Shown here: one piece after another, positions 45,801-60,196 of the stretch | Layout of the letters: each line of letters starts with the position of its first letter | Numbering within the stretch: position 1 is the stretch's first letter | Assembly (NCBI RefSeq): GCF_036365525.1 | Contig: NC_090387.1 | Location: 44,011,404 to 44,075,403, forward strand | Length of the DNA stretch: 64,000 nucleotides | DNA from: Heterodontus francisci | Taxonomy: Eukaryota | Reading direction: 5' to 3' | The notes under the pieces: model-generated | What the model saw: the letters and a program-made list of their open reading frames with translations, nothing else | What the model was told of the DNA's origin: nothing | The model's database searches: none | Position numbers and translations under genes: made by a program

Positions 45801-48800
45801 ATGGAGTATAATGTGGGAAAGTGTGAACAGAAAAGTAGAAAAGCAACATATGATTTAAATGGAGAGAGTTTGCAGAAATCGGGAGGTGCAGAGGGATCTG
45901 GGTGTCCTAGTACACGAAACACAAGAAGTTAGTATGCAGGTACAGCAAGTGGTTAAGAAGGCAAATGCAACGTTGTTTATTGCAAGGGGAATGGAATTTA
46001 AAGTAGAGATGTTTTGCTGCAGTTGTATAGGGCACTGGTGAGACCACATCTAGAGTATTGTGTACAGTTTTAGTCTCCTTACTTAAGAAAGGATAAAATT
46101 GCGTTGGAAGCAGTTCAGAGAAGGTTCACTCGGCTGATTCCTAGGACGAGAGGGTTATTTTATGAGGAAAGATTGGACAGGTTGGGTCTGTATTCATTGG
46201 AGTTTAGAAGGATGAGAGGTGATCTTATTAAAACATATAAGATCCTGAGGGGACTTGACAGGGTGGATGTTGAAAGGATGTTTCCCCCCGTGGGAGAGAC
46301 TAAACTGTGGCACAGTTTAAAAATAAGGGGCCTCCCATTTAAGACAGAGATGAGGAGAATTTTTTTCTTTCGGTGGTGAGTCTGTTGAATTCTCTTCCCT
46401 GGAGAGCAGTGAAGACAGGGTCATCGAATGTTTTTAAGGTAGAGGTAGACAGATTCTTGACAAACAAGGGAGTCAAAGGGTATCGGGGGTAGGAAGGAAA
46501 GTAGAGTTGAGTCCACAAACAGATCAACTATGATTTTGTAGAACAGTGCAGCAGACTCAAGGGGCCAAATAGCCTACTCCTGCTCCTAGCTCATATGTTA
46601 ACAGGTCAGAGCTCGTTACAAAAACTATCTCACTTCATGTATTCATCCAAATCCCTTTTGAAGGTTACAACTGAATCTGCTTCCACCACCCTTGCAAGCA
46701 GCACATTCCAGATCATAATCATAACTCATGATGGAGAAATGAATAGAAGGATATCCTAATAGGTTGGATGAAATAAGGTGGAAGTAGAATTACAATTCAG
46801 ACTTGTGGAATCCAAATTATGCTTTCTAATTATAGCTTCCTAAGATCACTTGAGGGATTATTTTCCATAACACATCCTTTCAATATTCAACTCATCTTTT
46901 GAACAGCAAATAGGAGGGCCAACTTTTTAAAAAAATCTAACAATGGGGCAGGCCAAATTACACGTTTCCATATCGTAATATGCCCTTCATCCCTTTGTTT
47001 TTTTTTAAAGAGATAACATTCTTTGTTCTTTACAACGTATTCTGTTTTCTTCTCAGCACCCTCTGGGACTTGCTAAGATACTTTACTTCGGCAGTAGCAG
47101 AAATCAGCACACAGGGCAGACAAAGAAATTAGTGCTTCTTTGGCAAAGTCAGAAATACTGCTTGCAGTTGAAATTCAAATTAAAATAAAATGTAAAAACT
47201 GGTTTTAATAAAGCACAATGGAAATTCAGATGAAAATGCCCTAAGGAAAAATATATATTTGCTAAGAAAATGCAGGTTACATGGTCAACATCCAACAACT
47301 GTACATATTGGAAACACATAAAATGACATTGTACAACAGAAGGGCAGAAAGGTCTGCAGCAACCACCTGACTTACTTGAACCCTTGATAATGATTTCACT
47401 TTCGGTTCTGAAGTTAAGTATGTAAATCCACTGTGTTCCCCTCCCTGCTCCACACACAACCTATCAGCATTCACAAGTAATATTTGTCACACTCACTGCA
47501 CAGTCAGCGAGTTTCAACAGGTCGACAGCTCTGACAGGGACTGAAGGACTGTGGAGACTGTACTCTGCATTAAAAGGTTTTAACTGTTTAGGATACAGCT
47601 GGGTGACAGGTCAGTCGATGTTTGGCCCGATTTACTTTTTTAAAAGGATGTGAGTGTTGCTGACTAGGCTAGCATATATTGCCCATCCCTAGTTGCCCTT
47701 GAGCAGGTTGCGGTGAGTCACCTTCTTGAACTGCTGCAGTCCATTTGGTGTAGTACACTCATAATGCTGTTTAGGAGGGAGTTCCAGGTTTTTGACTGAG
47801 CGACAGTGAAGGACCAGTGATATAGTTCCAAGTCAGGATGGTGTGTGACTTAGTTTAGTTCAGAAATACAGCACTGAAACAGGCCCGTCGGCCCACTGAG
47901 TCTGTGCCGACCATCAACCACCCATTTATACTAATCCGACACTACTTCCATATTCTTACCACATCTCCACCTGTTCTTATATTTCCCTGCCACCTACCTA
48001 TACTAGGGGCAATTTATAATGGCCAATTAACCTATCAACTTGCAAGTCTTTGGCATGTGGGAGGAAACCGGAGCACCCTGAGAAAACTCACGCAGACACA
48101 GGGAGAACTTACAAACTCCACACAGGCAGTACCCAGAATTGAACCCGGGTCGCTGGAGCTGTGAGGCTGCGGTGCTAACCACTGCACCGCAGTGTGCCGC
48201 AGGGGAACTTTCAAGTGGGGGTGTTCCCATATATGCTGCCCTTGTTCTTCCAGGGCACAGAGGCCATGGGTTTGCAAGGTGCTGTAGAAGGTGGCTTTGC
48301 GACCTCCTGCAGTGCATCTTGTAGATGGCACACATTATACGCTGGTGGGGGTGGGAGTGAATGTTTAATGTGGTGAATGGTGTGTTGATCAAGCAGGCTG
48401 CTTCGTCCTGGATGATGTTAAGCTTCCCGAGTGTTGTTGGAACTTCACTCATCCAGGCAAGTGGAAAGTATTCCATCACACCTGACTTGTGCTTTGTCAC
48501 TGGTGGACAGGCTTTGGGAAGTCAGGTGGTGAGTATCTTGCCACAGAATTCCGAGCCTCTGACCCATTCTTGTAGCCACAGTACTTATAGGCCTGGTCCA
48601 GTTAAGTTTCTGGTCAATAGTAACCCCCAGAATGTTGTTGTTGGTGGACTCAGCAATGGTAATGCTGTTGAATGTCGCCCAGTCTATACTTGCAACCAGG
48701 CTACAACTGGAAAGTAAACTTGCTTGATTTGGTAAGACTAATGCTGGAAGTCATGATTTAAAAACTGAAGTGAATCTTAGCAAGATAGCTCTTGGTTTGC

Positions 48801-51800
48801 TAAACAATGCATCAGGTGCCGGTGCCACTATCAGGCAATAGGTTTCATGCCATATAATAGTATCTTTATACTTAGATTTGAGTTACTTTGTTCTCATTTC
48901 AAAAGAGCAGCCGCTATGCACTTGTAAGAATCCTCCCTCAGTATTGTCATGCATTCCGCTCGGTGTCGACTTGGAGATACAATGATATGTTTACCATAAT
49001 CTGTCTGGGGGAGCAGCAGAACCTATGGAAGGTGTGTTTTTGAACACCTATCTAAAAGCCTGATTTTAGAGCCCTGTTGCATAATTGTGACTGGGGCTTA
49101 CTTTACCTTGAAATTGCATCTGAGTTGGCGTGTCTGTGGTAGGAGGTTACAAACCCTCTTTAACACTTGACACCATTTCTATAACCGTACACAATACATG
49201 ACCATTATAGGGACACCATTACAGCAGAAAAAAAGCCCAGTTAAACATAGTACCTTTAAACATAAGTGAAGTAGATGCAACTGAAGCATTCAAAAACTCA
49301 AGACTCCTAATTCGACAGAGTAGAAAGACACAAGCTCAACAGGAAGGATATAGTATGGATAGTGCCTAAATGACAAGTTAAATGAGCTGAAACAAAAGAC
49401 AAAATGTTCTTAATTCAGACATTAATAGAAAGTGCATTTTAAGCATTTTCTGTTTTTGCATCAGAGTTCCAGCATTTGCAGTGTATTTTTTTCTATGGAT
49501 CATAGAATAGTACAGCACAAGAGGAGGCTATTCAGCCCATTGAGTCTGCGCCAGCTCTTTCGAAGAGCAATTCAGGTAGTCACACTCGCCTGCTCAGCCC
49601 TGCAATTCCTTTCTCCTTCAAGTATTTATCCAATTCCCTTCTGAAGGTTACTATTGAATCTGTATCCACTACCTGATCAGGCAGTACATTCCAAATCCTC
49701 ACCACTTGTTGTATAAGTAAGTTTTTCCTCGTGTCGCCTCTGGTTCTTTTGCTAATCCCCTCAAATTTGTGCCCTCTGCTTATCGACCCTTTAGCAATTA
49801 GAACAGTTTATCTTTATTTACTCGTTATGATTTTAAACACCGCCATCAAACCTCCTCAGCCATTTCTGCTCCAAGGAGAACAACCTCACCTTCTCCAGTC
49901 CAGTTTGTACAAGTTAGATAGGATGAACACTATAGCCACATTCTGATGAAGGGTCACTGACCTGAAACGTTAACTCTGCTTCCCTCTCCACAGATGCTGC
50001 CAGACCTGCTGAGTATTTCGAGTATTTCTTGTTTTTATTTCAGATTGCCAGCATCTGCAGTATTTTGCTTTTATTACTATAGCCACGATGTTACCTTAAA
50101 ACTACCCTATGTTCTGCATCTTTAGGGTTTACCTTCCATAGTATAAGTTCTGCATACTTTACTTACTAGAAAACAAATCTATCTATATGTGTACCTGTCA
50201 CAATGGCTCCATGAAAGTCTGCCTTCAGCAGTTTGGTCTGGATCATCTGTGTCTGCCTATAAATGTTAAAAGAAAGCACAGCAATCAAGCAGGCACACTG
50301 GTAATGGATTACACATAAATCAGTTGTCATTCAGTGGGACTTACCAGGAACCTGAAAAGCAATGAATAACTTTTTTTTACTTCTGCGTCCTAAACCAAAT
50401 CAAATATCCCTGAGCGATTTTCTACATCCCTGAGACTTATTAATTTGAAAATCTCAGTTAAACCCCCCCCCACCGTTTTTTCCTCTCCCATTATAATAGT
50501 CCCAGTTCTGCAAATCTCTTTTCATGTTTGATACCTCCAGTTCCATAGTCTTTCTACTAGCTCTTCTCTGCACCATTTCCACAAAAGCACATAATATTCC
50601 AAGAAATGTGCAATGCATTATTCTGCTGCTAATATGGAACTCTGTGGGGAAAGTCTTTGCTCGAGTCGCTCTGAACAGGCTCCAGAAGCTGGCCGAGCGC
50701 ATCTACCCTGAGGCACAGTGTGGCTTTCGTGCAGAGAGATCGACCGTTGACATGCTGTTCTCCCTTCGTCAGATACAGGAGAAATGCCGTGAACAACAGA
50801 TGCCCCTCTGCATTGCTTTCATAGATCTCACCAAAGCCTTTGACCTCATCAGCAGACGTGGTCTCTTCAGACTACTAGAACAGATTGGATGCCCACCAAA
50901 GCTACTAAGTATCATCACCTCATTCCATGACAATATGAAAGGCACAATTCAACATGGTGGCTCCTCCTCAGAGCCCTTTCCTATCCTGAGTGGCGTGAAA
51001 CAGGGCTGTGTTCTCGCACCCACTCTTTTTGGGATTTTCTTCTCCCTGCTGCTTTCACATGCGTTCAAGTCCTCTGAAGAAGGAATTTTCCTCCACACAA
51101 GATCAGGGGGCAGGTTGTTCAACCTTGCCCGTCTAAGAGCGAAGTCCAAAGTACGGAAAGACCTCATCAGGGAACTCCTCTTTGCTGACGATGCTGCTTT
51201 AACATCTCACACTGAAGAGTGTCTGCAGAGTCTCATCGACAGGTTTGCGGCTGCCTGCAATGAATTTGGCCTAACCATCAGCCTCAAGAAAACGAACATC
51301 ATGGGGCAGGATGTCAGTAATGCTCCATCCATCAATATTGGTGACCACGCTCTGGAAGTGGTTCAAGAGTTCACCTACCTAGGCTCAACTATCACCAGTA
51401 ACCTGTCTCTAGATGCAGAAATCAACAAGCGCATGAGAAAGGCTTCCACTGCTATGTCCAGACTGGCCAAGAGAGTGTGGGAAAATGGCGCACTGACACG
51501 GAACACAAAAGTCCGAGTGTATCAGGCCTGTGTCCTCAGTACCTTGCTCTATGGCAGCGAGGCCTGGACAACGTATGTCAGCCAAGAGCGACGTCTCAAT
51601 TCATTCCATCTTTGCTGCCTCCGGAGAATACTTGGCATCAGGTGGCAGGACCATATCTCCAACACAGAAGTCCTCGAGGCGGCCAACATCCCCAGCTTGT
51701 ACACACTACTGAATCAGTGACGCTTGAGATGGCTTGGCCATGTGAGCCGCATGCAAGATGGCAGGATCCCCAAAGACACATTGTACAGCGAGCTCACCAC

Positions 51801-54800
51801 TGGTATAAGACCCACCGGCCGTGCACGTCTCCGCTTTAAAGACATCTGCAAACGCGACATGAAATCCTGTGACATTGATCACAAGTCCTGGGAGTCAGTT
51901 GCCAGCGTTCGCCAGAGCTGGCGGGCAGCCATAAAGACGGGGCTAAAATGTGGCGAGTTGAAGAGACTTAGTAGTTGGCAGGAAAAAAGACAGAGGCGCA
52001 AGGGGAGAGCCAACTGTGTAACAGCCCCGACAAACAAATTTCTCTGCAGCACCTGTGGAAGAGCCTGTCACTCTAGAATTGGCCTTTATAGCCACTCCAG
52101 GCGCTGCTTCACAAACCACTGACCACCTCCAGGCGCGTATCCATTGTCTCTCGAGATAAGGAGGCCAAAGAAGAAGATGGAACTTTGCCTCTTTAATGCT
52201 ACAAAGACGAATTGTTAAGTAAAAAGAGCTTCAGGTCAGAGTTTAACTGTTGTTGGGTGAAAGATATTGATAGAGCTAAGCAATCCCACAACCAACAGAT
52301 CAGATTAAAACTCTGCAGTCCTGCCACATCCAGTTGTGAATGGTGGTGGATAATTAAGCAACTATTTGGAGGAGGAGGCTTCATGAATATCCCCATCTTC
52401 AGTGATGGCAGAGCCCAGCACATGAGTGGCAGAAAGACAAAGCTTGAAGCATTTGCACCTATCTTTAGCCAGAAGTGCTGAGTGGATGATCCAACACAGC
52501 CTCTTCCTGAGGTCCCCACCACCACAAATGCTAGTCCTCAGCTAGGTCAATTCACTACACGTGATATTAAGAAACCATTCAGCACACTGGATACAGAAAA
52601 GCCTATGGGTCCCAACAACATCCAGGTGTACTGCTGAAGACATGTGCTCCAAAAGTAGCCCCGACTCTGGATAAAGTGTTTCAGTACAGCTACAATACTG
52701 GTATCTACCTGATAACGTAGAAAATTGCCCAGGTATGTCATGTCCACAAAAAGGACAAATCCAATCTGGTCAATTACCCCTCCCTCCCGTTAGCAGCCTA
52801 CTCTCAATTATCAGCAAAATGATGGAAGTGACAGTGCTAACAAGCAGTACTTACTCACTAATAACCTGCTAATCAATGTTCAGTTTGGATTCTGGCAGGA
52901 TCATTTAGCTCCAGACCTCATTACAACCTTGGTCCAAACATGGACAAAAGAGCTGAATTCCAGAAATGACATGAGTGTGACTGCCCATGACACCAAGGGA
53001 GCCTTTGACCCGGTGTGACCTCAAGGAGCCCTAGTAAAATTGAAGCAAAAGGGAATCAGGCAAATAACTTTATACCCAGCACAAAAAATGGTGGCTGTGG
53101 TTGTTGGAGGCCAACCATCTCAGCTCCAGGACACCACTGCAGGAGTTGCTCAGGACAGTATCCTAGGCACAATCATCTTCAGCTGCTTTAACAACATTCC
53201 CTCCATCATAAGGTCAGAAGTGTGGATATTTGCTGATGATTGCACTGTGTTCAGTTCCATTCACAACTCCTCAGATAATGAAGCAGTTTGTGCACACATG
53301 CAGCAAGATCTGGACAGCATTCTGGATTGGGCTGATAAGTGGCAAATAAGATACATGCCCACAAGTGCCAGGCAATGTCCATCTCCAACGAGAAAGAATT
53401 TAACCACCTCCCCTTGACATTCAACAGCATTACCACTGTTGAATCTCACACCATTAACAACCTAGGGGTCACCGTTGAATAGAAAATTAACTGGACCACC
53501 CACAAATACTGTGGCCAAAAGAGCAGGTCAAAGGCTAAGAGTTCTGTGGTGAGTGACTCACTGCCTGATGTCCCAAAGACTTTTCAGCGCCAGCAAGGCA
53601 AATGTCAGGAATGTGATAGGATACTCTTCACTTGCCTGGATGAATGTAGTTCCAACAACACTCAAGAAGTTTGACATCATCCTTGACAAAGCAGCCCACT
53701 TGGATCGGCACCCCAACCACCATCTTAAAAATTCACTCCCTCCACTACCAGCTCAACATGGTTGCAGTGTGCACCATCTACAATTTGCACCGCAGCAGCT
53801 TGCCAAGGTTTCTTCGACAGATCCTCCCCAACCACCAAAAGGACAAGGGCAGCAGGTGCATGGGAACAGCACCGTCTCCAAGTTCCCCTCCAAGCCACAT
53901 ACCATCCTGACATGGAAATATATCGTCATTCCTTCATCGTCACTGGGTCAAAATCCTGGAACTGCCTACCTAACAGCACTGTGGGTGTACTTTCACCACA
54001 TGGACTGCAGCAGTTCAAGACGACAACTCACCACCACTTTTTCAAGGGTAACTAGGGCTGGGCAATAAATGCTGGCTTTGCCGTGAATCCCATGAATGGA
54101 TAAAAAGACTGGAAAATACTTGAGAGATTCAGGCTTTACTCCAGAAGCACACAGAATTGAGTTGCTTTTAAAAAATGATTTTGCCTTTGTTGCAAGACGT
54201 GAAAGACAAAATTTACAACTGATGCTCTTATCTATCCAGTTATAGCCAGAGAATTTCCTGTAATGGTCTCCCTTCCCATCCTTGCACCATTACTTCTGGA
54301 ATCCCCCAAAGATCTATCCTTGGATGCCTCCTATTTCTCATCGACGCGTGGTCCCTCAGTGACATTGGCCAAAGACATGAGCCTGGTTCCACGTGTCGGC
54401 TGACAATATCCAGTTCTACCTCACCTTCACCTCTCTTGACGTCTTCACTGCCTCTATGTTGTCAGCCTGCTTGTCAGACATCCAGTCCTGGGTAAACCAC
54501 AATTTCCTCCATAAAATATTGGGAAGACTGAAGCCAATGTCTTTGGCCTCCGCCACAAACTCTGTTCCTTCACCACTGATTCTATCACTCCCTCCGGCCA
54601 ACTCAAGCTGAACCAGACTGTTTGCAACCTCAGCACCCTATTCGACCTGAGCTGAGCTTCCAATCACAAAGACTGCCTGCTTCAACTTTTGTAACATCAC
54701 CCGTCTCTGCTCCTGCCGCAGCCCACCTGCTGTTCACACTCTCATCTGCGCTTTTCTTACCCCAAACCTGACTATTCCAATTGTCTCCTGGCTGGTCTCC

Positions 54801-57800
54801 CATCTTCCACAGTACATAAACATAAACTCATCAAAAACTCTGCTGCCCGTACCATGTCCTACTTATCCATCATCCCTGTGCTCACTGACCTACATTGGCT
54901 CCGGGTCAACCAATACCTCAAATTCAAAGTTCTCATCCTCGTGTTCTAATCCTTCCATGGTATCGCCCCTCCCCTTCTGTAACCTCCTCCCCCTCCCCCC
55001 CAACGCTGCAACCTTCAGAGAACTCTGTGTTCCTCCAACTCTGGCCTCTTACCCATCCTCCACTACCTTCAACCCACCACTGGCGGCTGTGCCTTCTACT
55101 GTCTAGGCCTGAAGCAGTGGAATTCATTCCCTAAATCTCTCTGCTTCTCTCTCCTTCTTTAAGATCCTCCATAAAACCTACCTCTTTGTCCAAATCTTTA
55201 GTCATTCCTACTGATATCTCCTTCTTTGGCTCAGTGTCAATTTCGGGCTGATTATACTCCTGCGAAGGTGCTATATAAATGCAAGTTGTTTAATATATAA
55301 TAATATATGTGTGCATATGTCAGTGGAGTGTCTTCTGTTCATAAAATTGTGTATCAGTTTATACAAATCTACTTACTAAAGGTTTTGAAAACTCCAGTTT
55401 GTGTAGTAGCTACAAGGTAGAAAACAAAAGACTGAAATCAAGACAACATTTGATAATCCTACTGCCTCAAAACATGACACTACTCTAAGTCTCAAGGGTA
55501 CTGACTAATCTTAAATGGTCTCTAAAATATTACTAAATATATATTGTTACCATTGATGGACCATTATACTACAACTGTGAGCCTGTAGCACTGAATAGAT
55601 ATTTCTAGCTGGAAATTCTTCTATGATATTATTGTAAACTAAGACTATTTGGAAGAATTCTCAGTGAACATAAGCCGTGTTTGATAAGATAAAAGCAATT
55701 ATGAAGCTTGACTAAATCTGCTGAATCATTTTTGCACATTGGAAGTGAGATTTTAAATACTCACTAGTAGCAACACAATATAATTTCCATCTCATTAAAG
55801 GGATATCATCGAGAATACATTTAAAAACTTAGGTCGCTAAGCGCTTCAATTAACTTTTTCCATTATAAATTCTAATGCCACATTTATAAAGGAAACTTTC
55901 GATGTAAATTTCTCACACTTCTGCCAGGAAGAATCGCTGTAACACTTCCATTTTGCAACTCCCAGCTCTTCGCCCTCCACTGCAGAGAAACCACCACAAC
56001 AAACCTTACTTCTTTGCTTCCCAATTTGCCCTTTATTTTGCTATTTGACTAAAAATATTAAACGAATGTAGTATGAAAAATAAGGACAGAATATATGACG
56101 CTTTAGAAATGGCGACTGAATTACATCTGTGTTCCTCTGTCATTGAGTCATAGAGAGATACAGGACTGAAACAGGTCCTTCGGCCCACCGAGTCTGTGCC
56201 GACCATCAACCACCCATTTATACTAATCCTACATTAATCCCATATTCCCTACCACATCCCCATCTTCCCTCAATTCTCCTACCACCTACCTACACTAGGA
56301 GCAATTTACAATGGCCAATTGACCTATCAACCTGCAAGTCTTTGGCTGTGGGAGGAAATCGGAGCGCCCGGCGGAAACTCACGCGGTCACAGGGAGAACT
56401 TGCAAACTCCGCACAGGCAGTACCCAGAACTGAACCCGGGTCACTGGAGCTGTGAGGCTGCGGTGCTAACCACTGCGCCACTATGCTGCCCTTGAACCAT
56501 GCTTCACCTCAAGACCACATTTGATCTTGAGTCCCCACGTGCAATGCCACAAGAGATTAACTAGTAAATTAAGAATCTTATGTACACTTCCTACTAACTT
56601 TATTAGAAACTTCTTTGCCTTCAATTACATGAAAATTGTCCATGTAAACCTGACATTCTGTCATTATATCCTCCACCCCGTCGAGATGCTACAATGCCAT
56701 CACTGGTAGGATGGTGTAATAACAATGTGTCAAGATGATGCAGATAATTTCCATTATAAATGTGGACACAGAATATAAATTCAAAAATAAGGGCAGAAAG
56801 TGGGGACTGACTTATGTCAGTAGCTCCTGGACCAATCATCCCTCAGACTCTAACTACACGTAAAAGATAGGTGTAATCACGTCATTGAATATTCTTAATA
56901 AAAAAAATGTTTGCCAAAAAATGTTGTTGCGTATAAAGAGCTGATGCAACAGTGCAAATTATAAACTTTTATAGCACCTTAAACATAGAAAATCCCCCAA
57001 GAAGCTTCATGAGAAGAAATGGATACTGAGCAGAAGTGGAAGTCAAAATGAATTACTGTATTACTAAAGTATTATTTCACTGTGATAAATAATTATCCAG
57101 CCTTATGTGAAGTAACTCCCGAGAAAACTTTAACTTTGGTAAACATATCTGCAATGAAGACACTGCCTCTTAAAAAGAAACAATAAATGAACAACATTTC
57201 ATCTTATCCGCAATATAATTAGGTGGAGGAGCCCTTGCTGATCTAGAAATCATCCAAATTAAAACAGACATCTTGCCCTCTAACAGTGCCAGCAACAAGG
57301 AGCAAAACAAAAACAACTTTTTGTTCCCCTCCTTCCCATCAGTAAAGTGAGCAATATCTCTGAGATCACTGGTACATTGTTACCCAATGACTTACACTTA
57401 ATATTTCTGTCGAAGCTTCCACAGCTCATTGAGAAACAACAGCTAAAGACAGGGGCAAAATTAAAAGCACCTATTTATTAATCTGCGGTGTTCTGTGAAA
57501 TAACTTTAAAAAAATATTTTGACCCTGAAATAGTTCAATCAATTTAAGAATCAATGCTCTAGACACTAATGAAACTGCTGATAGATTACTGTGTAATCAC
57601 TGGGTTTTCAAGACAGTCCCAATATTTTCCACATTGTGTGTGATAAAGGAATCTTTCCAGTTTCACGCATGTACAATGTAATTATTCAGTAGCCAGTAAC
57701 TGTAAATGTGCCCATTCTATAGTGCTAATACTGTACTTACATGTCAGGTTTCAAACCATTACACAAGTCTCGAATGTATTGCTTCCACAGCTCATGTAAA

Positions 57801-59487
57801 GGGAGAAACAAGTCATATCTGGAAAAAGGAAATGGTTCAGATTAGTACTTTAACATCTATGGATTAAAAGTGTCTGAATAATGTCAATCTGATAGGCAAG
57901 AATGAGCATTTCATTGAAACCTCCTTTGATACAGAGGAGAAAATATATAGGATGCAGAAAATTTGATCAGTTTACAGTGTAGAACAAGCTTCAAGACATT
58001 ACAAAGTCTTCATTAAATCGTTGTGCTTAAAAATTGAGAATTGCCATTCAAAACAGGTATATCATTGTATTTCCCTCCACTCAAGTACAAAATTAATGGA
58101 AAGACTGGACTATATCTGCCCAGCACTTGCTTAAGAGCTGTGAACTAATACTGATGAAATTAAACAGAAATGTTATTTGTTAAAACACTCAATACAGCAA
58201 GTGATCAATAAGAATTTTCAAAGCTCTATTACAAGTTTGAATACAATTTACTTGTGTATAATTATCACCAACCTGCAATTAAGTAGTTCATTTTTTAATT
58301 TATAATTCTTCCTTGTGTTTTTTTTTAAGAATATCAATTTTTCTGCTTTCTCAGCTTCATAAGATCTTCAGCTTGGACAGAAGACCCGACTGTGGATTTC
58401 AACATATGCATCAATTCGGATCATTATCAGTGGATAGAAGACACATACTCAGAATGGGTTTTGCACCCAAGAATCTCTGGGATGGTACTCATCACTAACC
58501 AGAGGTGTTGTATCTTGCACTTGGATGAAGTTCTATGAAACTCAAAAGACTGAATGAGAGTTGAAACTGGGATACAAAACTGGACTCTAATAATCTGATG
58601 CAGAATGCGTGCCTTGTGCAACATATATCAATATTGCAGATTTTTTATTCTGTAACTGTACCAATACAGAAAACCAGCATCAAGGGGGAAAAAAGTGTCT
58701 CCACAAACATGAGCAACCTACTTTTGTTGTTCTGGTTTGAGCTCAAATATTCTCAATTCCCGCCTCTCTTTTGCAGACAGACACTTTGTTTTTCTCCTTT
58801 TCTGTTTCTTGCGCTTCTTTAAGAAATGCTGGAGAATAACAGCTTTTCTGTTCAGGTGTGTCTGAATCTGCTCAGCATCCAACCGTGGTAAACTGTGCTT
58901 GAGAAAGGCATTGACAAATGCTTCAGCCTGTTTAGATCCCTGAGGCTGTCAGAAGAAATGTAAGAATTATTTGAAAATTGCAGACAACTTTGCATAACAT
59001 TGGTAACTGCACTCCCCAAACAAATTATGTTAAACTTCAAAGACTATTAATATTGCTCTGATCACAAAATCATTCCTGTTTAAATCCTTGATTGCAAATA
59101 AATTGGCACAAAATTATACAATTCTCATGCAATAGTGTGTACATATATGCAAAGTGACAAAATACAAAGCACAAGGCATAAAGAACAAAAAAAGAACTAA
59201 AGCATTACACCTAGCCAATCAATATACCTTCGAAATAAGATTATTTACAAATATAGTAACATTTCAGGTCTGTTGTATGATATATTCATCGTGAATGTGC
59301 TTTCATCAAAAACACTTCAATTCACATTGCTTGTGAAAGAGAGCTTGAAGCCAGTTACATGATCTAACCATGCTGCTCTCAGCACTGCCAACACAGAAAC
59401 ACCAGAGGGCAGCAGCAAACATAAAGTAGCGTACCTGAATGTCCAAGTGGTCTGTCTCTTTCACAGAAATTGTTCTGTAAACAATAT
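42895..59487 (-). CDS. POP4: Ribonuclease P/MRP protein subunit p29
   Basis: Exons 59487-59435 (IVYRTISVKETDHLDIQ), 58945-58722 (PQGSKQAEAFVNAFLKHSLP...RRELRIFELKPEQQK), 57818-57741 (YDLFLPLHELWKQYIRDLC), 50256-50195 (IQTKLLKADFHGAIVT), 45195-45094 (VKSKCPSYVGVTGIILQE), 43031-42895 (VIPKQNSIFSVEIDGFVSYIYGSKFQLRSSERSAKKFK..DL*). All GT-AG and phase-compatible. A 7-nt first coding segment would give 220 aa. Confidence 0.96.
43690..44040 (-). mobile_element. CR1 LINE 3' end
   Basis: ggagcaggagtagaccat..ccattcaatatgatcatggct, the reverse of the tail at 35380-35450. Confidence 0.7.
44396..44842 (+). mobile_element. tRNA-derived SINE with Deu-like core (SacSINE1-like) and L2-type tail
   Basis: B box gttcaagtcc; core ctcaggtggatgtaaaagatcc..tattttgaagaagag..gggagttctcccagtgtcctggccaa; tail gctatataaatgcaag. 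Confidence 0.75.
45558..46598 (+). mobile_element. CR1 LINE 3' fragment
   Basis: LGPQLFTIYINDLD..KFADDTK; [32 protein letters not shown]. Confidence 0.9.
47641..48678 (-). mobile_element. 3' fragment of the same LINE family, interrupted by a V-SINE
   Basis: Reverse-complement similarity to the 3' part of the 10015-12293 LINE (VMEYFPLAWM); split at about 47852-48199. Confidence 0.75.
47852..48199 (-). mobile_element. tRNA-derived V-SINE (HE1-like) nested in a LINE
   Basis: Near-identical to 56148-56490. Confidence 0.85.
49942..50075 (+). repeat. Short interspersed repeat (possibly a Penelope-like terminus)
   Basis: tctgatgaagggtcactgacctgaaacgttaactc..cacagatgctgccagacctgctgag. Related reverse copy at about 2178-2278. 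Confidence 0.55.
50642..52176 (+). mobile_element. 5'-truncated RTE (BovB-like clade) LINE in a POP4 intron
   Basis: RT motifs QCGFR, FIDLTKAFD, GVKQGCVLAPTLF, LFADD, FTYLGS, and C-terminal CSTCGRACHSRIGLYSH. One premature TGA at 51718. (aag)n tail. 8-bp TSD atggaact at 50634-50641 and 52177-52184. Confidence 0.93.
52215..54106 (+). mobile_element. Decayed LINE, same family as 10015-12293
   Basis: Colinear similarity to 10260-12290; GVAQDSILG, IFADD. Confidence 0.85.
54290..55290 (+). mobile_element. L2 LINE 3' fragment
   Basis: ADNIQFYL..LSACLSDIQSW; catcatccctgtgctcactgacctacattggctcc; tail gctatataaatgcaagttgtt. Confidence 0.8.
56148..56490 (-). mobile_element. tRNA-derived V-SINE (HE1-like)
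   Basis: Minus strand: gtggcgcagtggttagcac (A box), ggttcagttc (B-box-like), V-domain tgcggagtttgcaagttctccc, CR1-like tail. Three near-identical copies in the window. Confidence 0.85.
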
Positions 59488-60196
59488 CTTCAACAGGAAA
59501 ACAAAGAACCTCAGTTAAACTGGGTAAAAAGATGGTAGCGAGAATAAGTAAGACAAGATAGTTCTATTATTTAATCATGCTAAAGCACACAGTTATTTCA
59601 AACAGAAATGCAAATCATAGAAAAGGCAAGCCACAAATTTATTCTACTAATCAAAGACATTCTGCCGAGATATATCACAAATGTAGTTTGCAGTGCAGAA
59701 ACCTATAAATAAAGCTACAAAACAAGACCTTGCTTCCGATAAAGATCAAGTCATCAGGAAGATGTTATTGCACTTCTAAGAAAGATTCATGAAATTTTCT
59801 GGGGCTTGTGGCTAAGTAAAGTAAAATAAAGTAACATATTTTTGTGCTCCAGACCACACTTCACTGAAACCTGCTTTTGGTAGGGTGTGGGAGGGGGGAG
59901 GAGGGCATGAAGAGGAGGAGAAAAATAAACACAGGCTGGATTTAAACTCATGGCAACATCTCTGACAAGTTACATACTTCAGCAGTTGTATATGTCTTTT
60001 GCCAAAATGGATTTAAAGCACTAAAACCCCGCCACAAAATTTAGGTGATATTTGATTGACTTGGTAGGTCCTGCATTTGACTGTTCTTTGAACACATCTC
60101 TTTGAAGCTTTCACTTCAGTCACCTGCTGAGTAGAACATTAACTTGTTTTGCTTAAATTGTACAATTCGCAAAACACATCAAGTTCAGAGGCTCAC

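Noticed and set aside
50524-51720. 398-aa ORF with a hydrophobic N-terminus resembling a signal peptide fused to RT
   Set aside because: The N-terminal ~39 codons are flanking intron upstream of the TSD that happens to be open. The rest is a 5'-truncated RTE LINE.
56420-56490. tRNA-like A/B boxes (also near 48130-48199, 62030-62101 and 44400-44460)
   Set aside because: These are heads of tRNA-derived SINEs, not tRNA genes.
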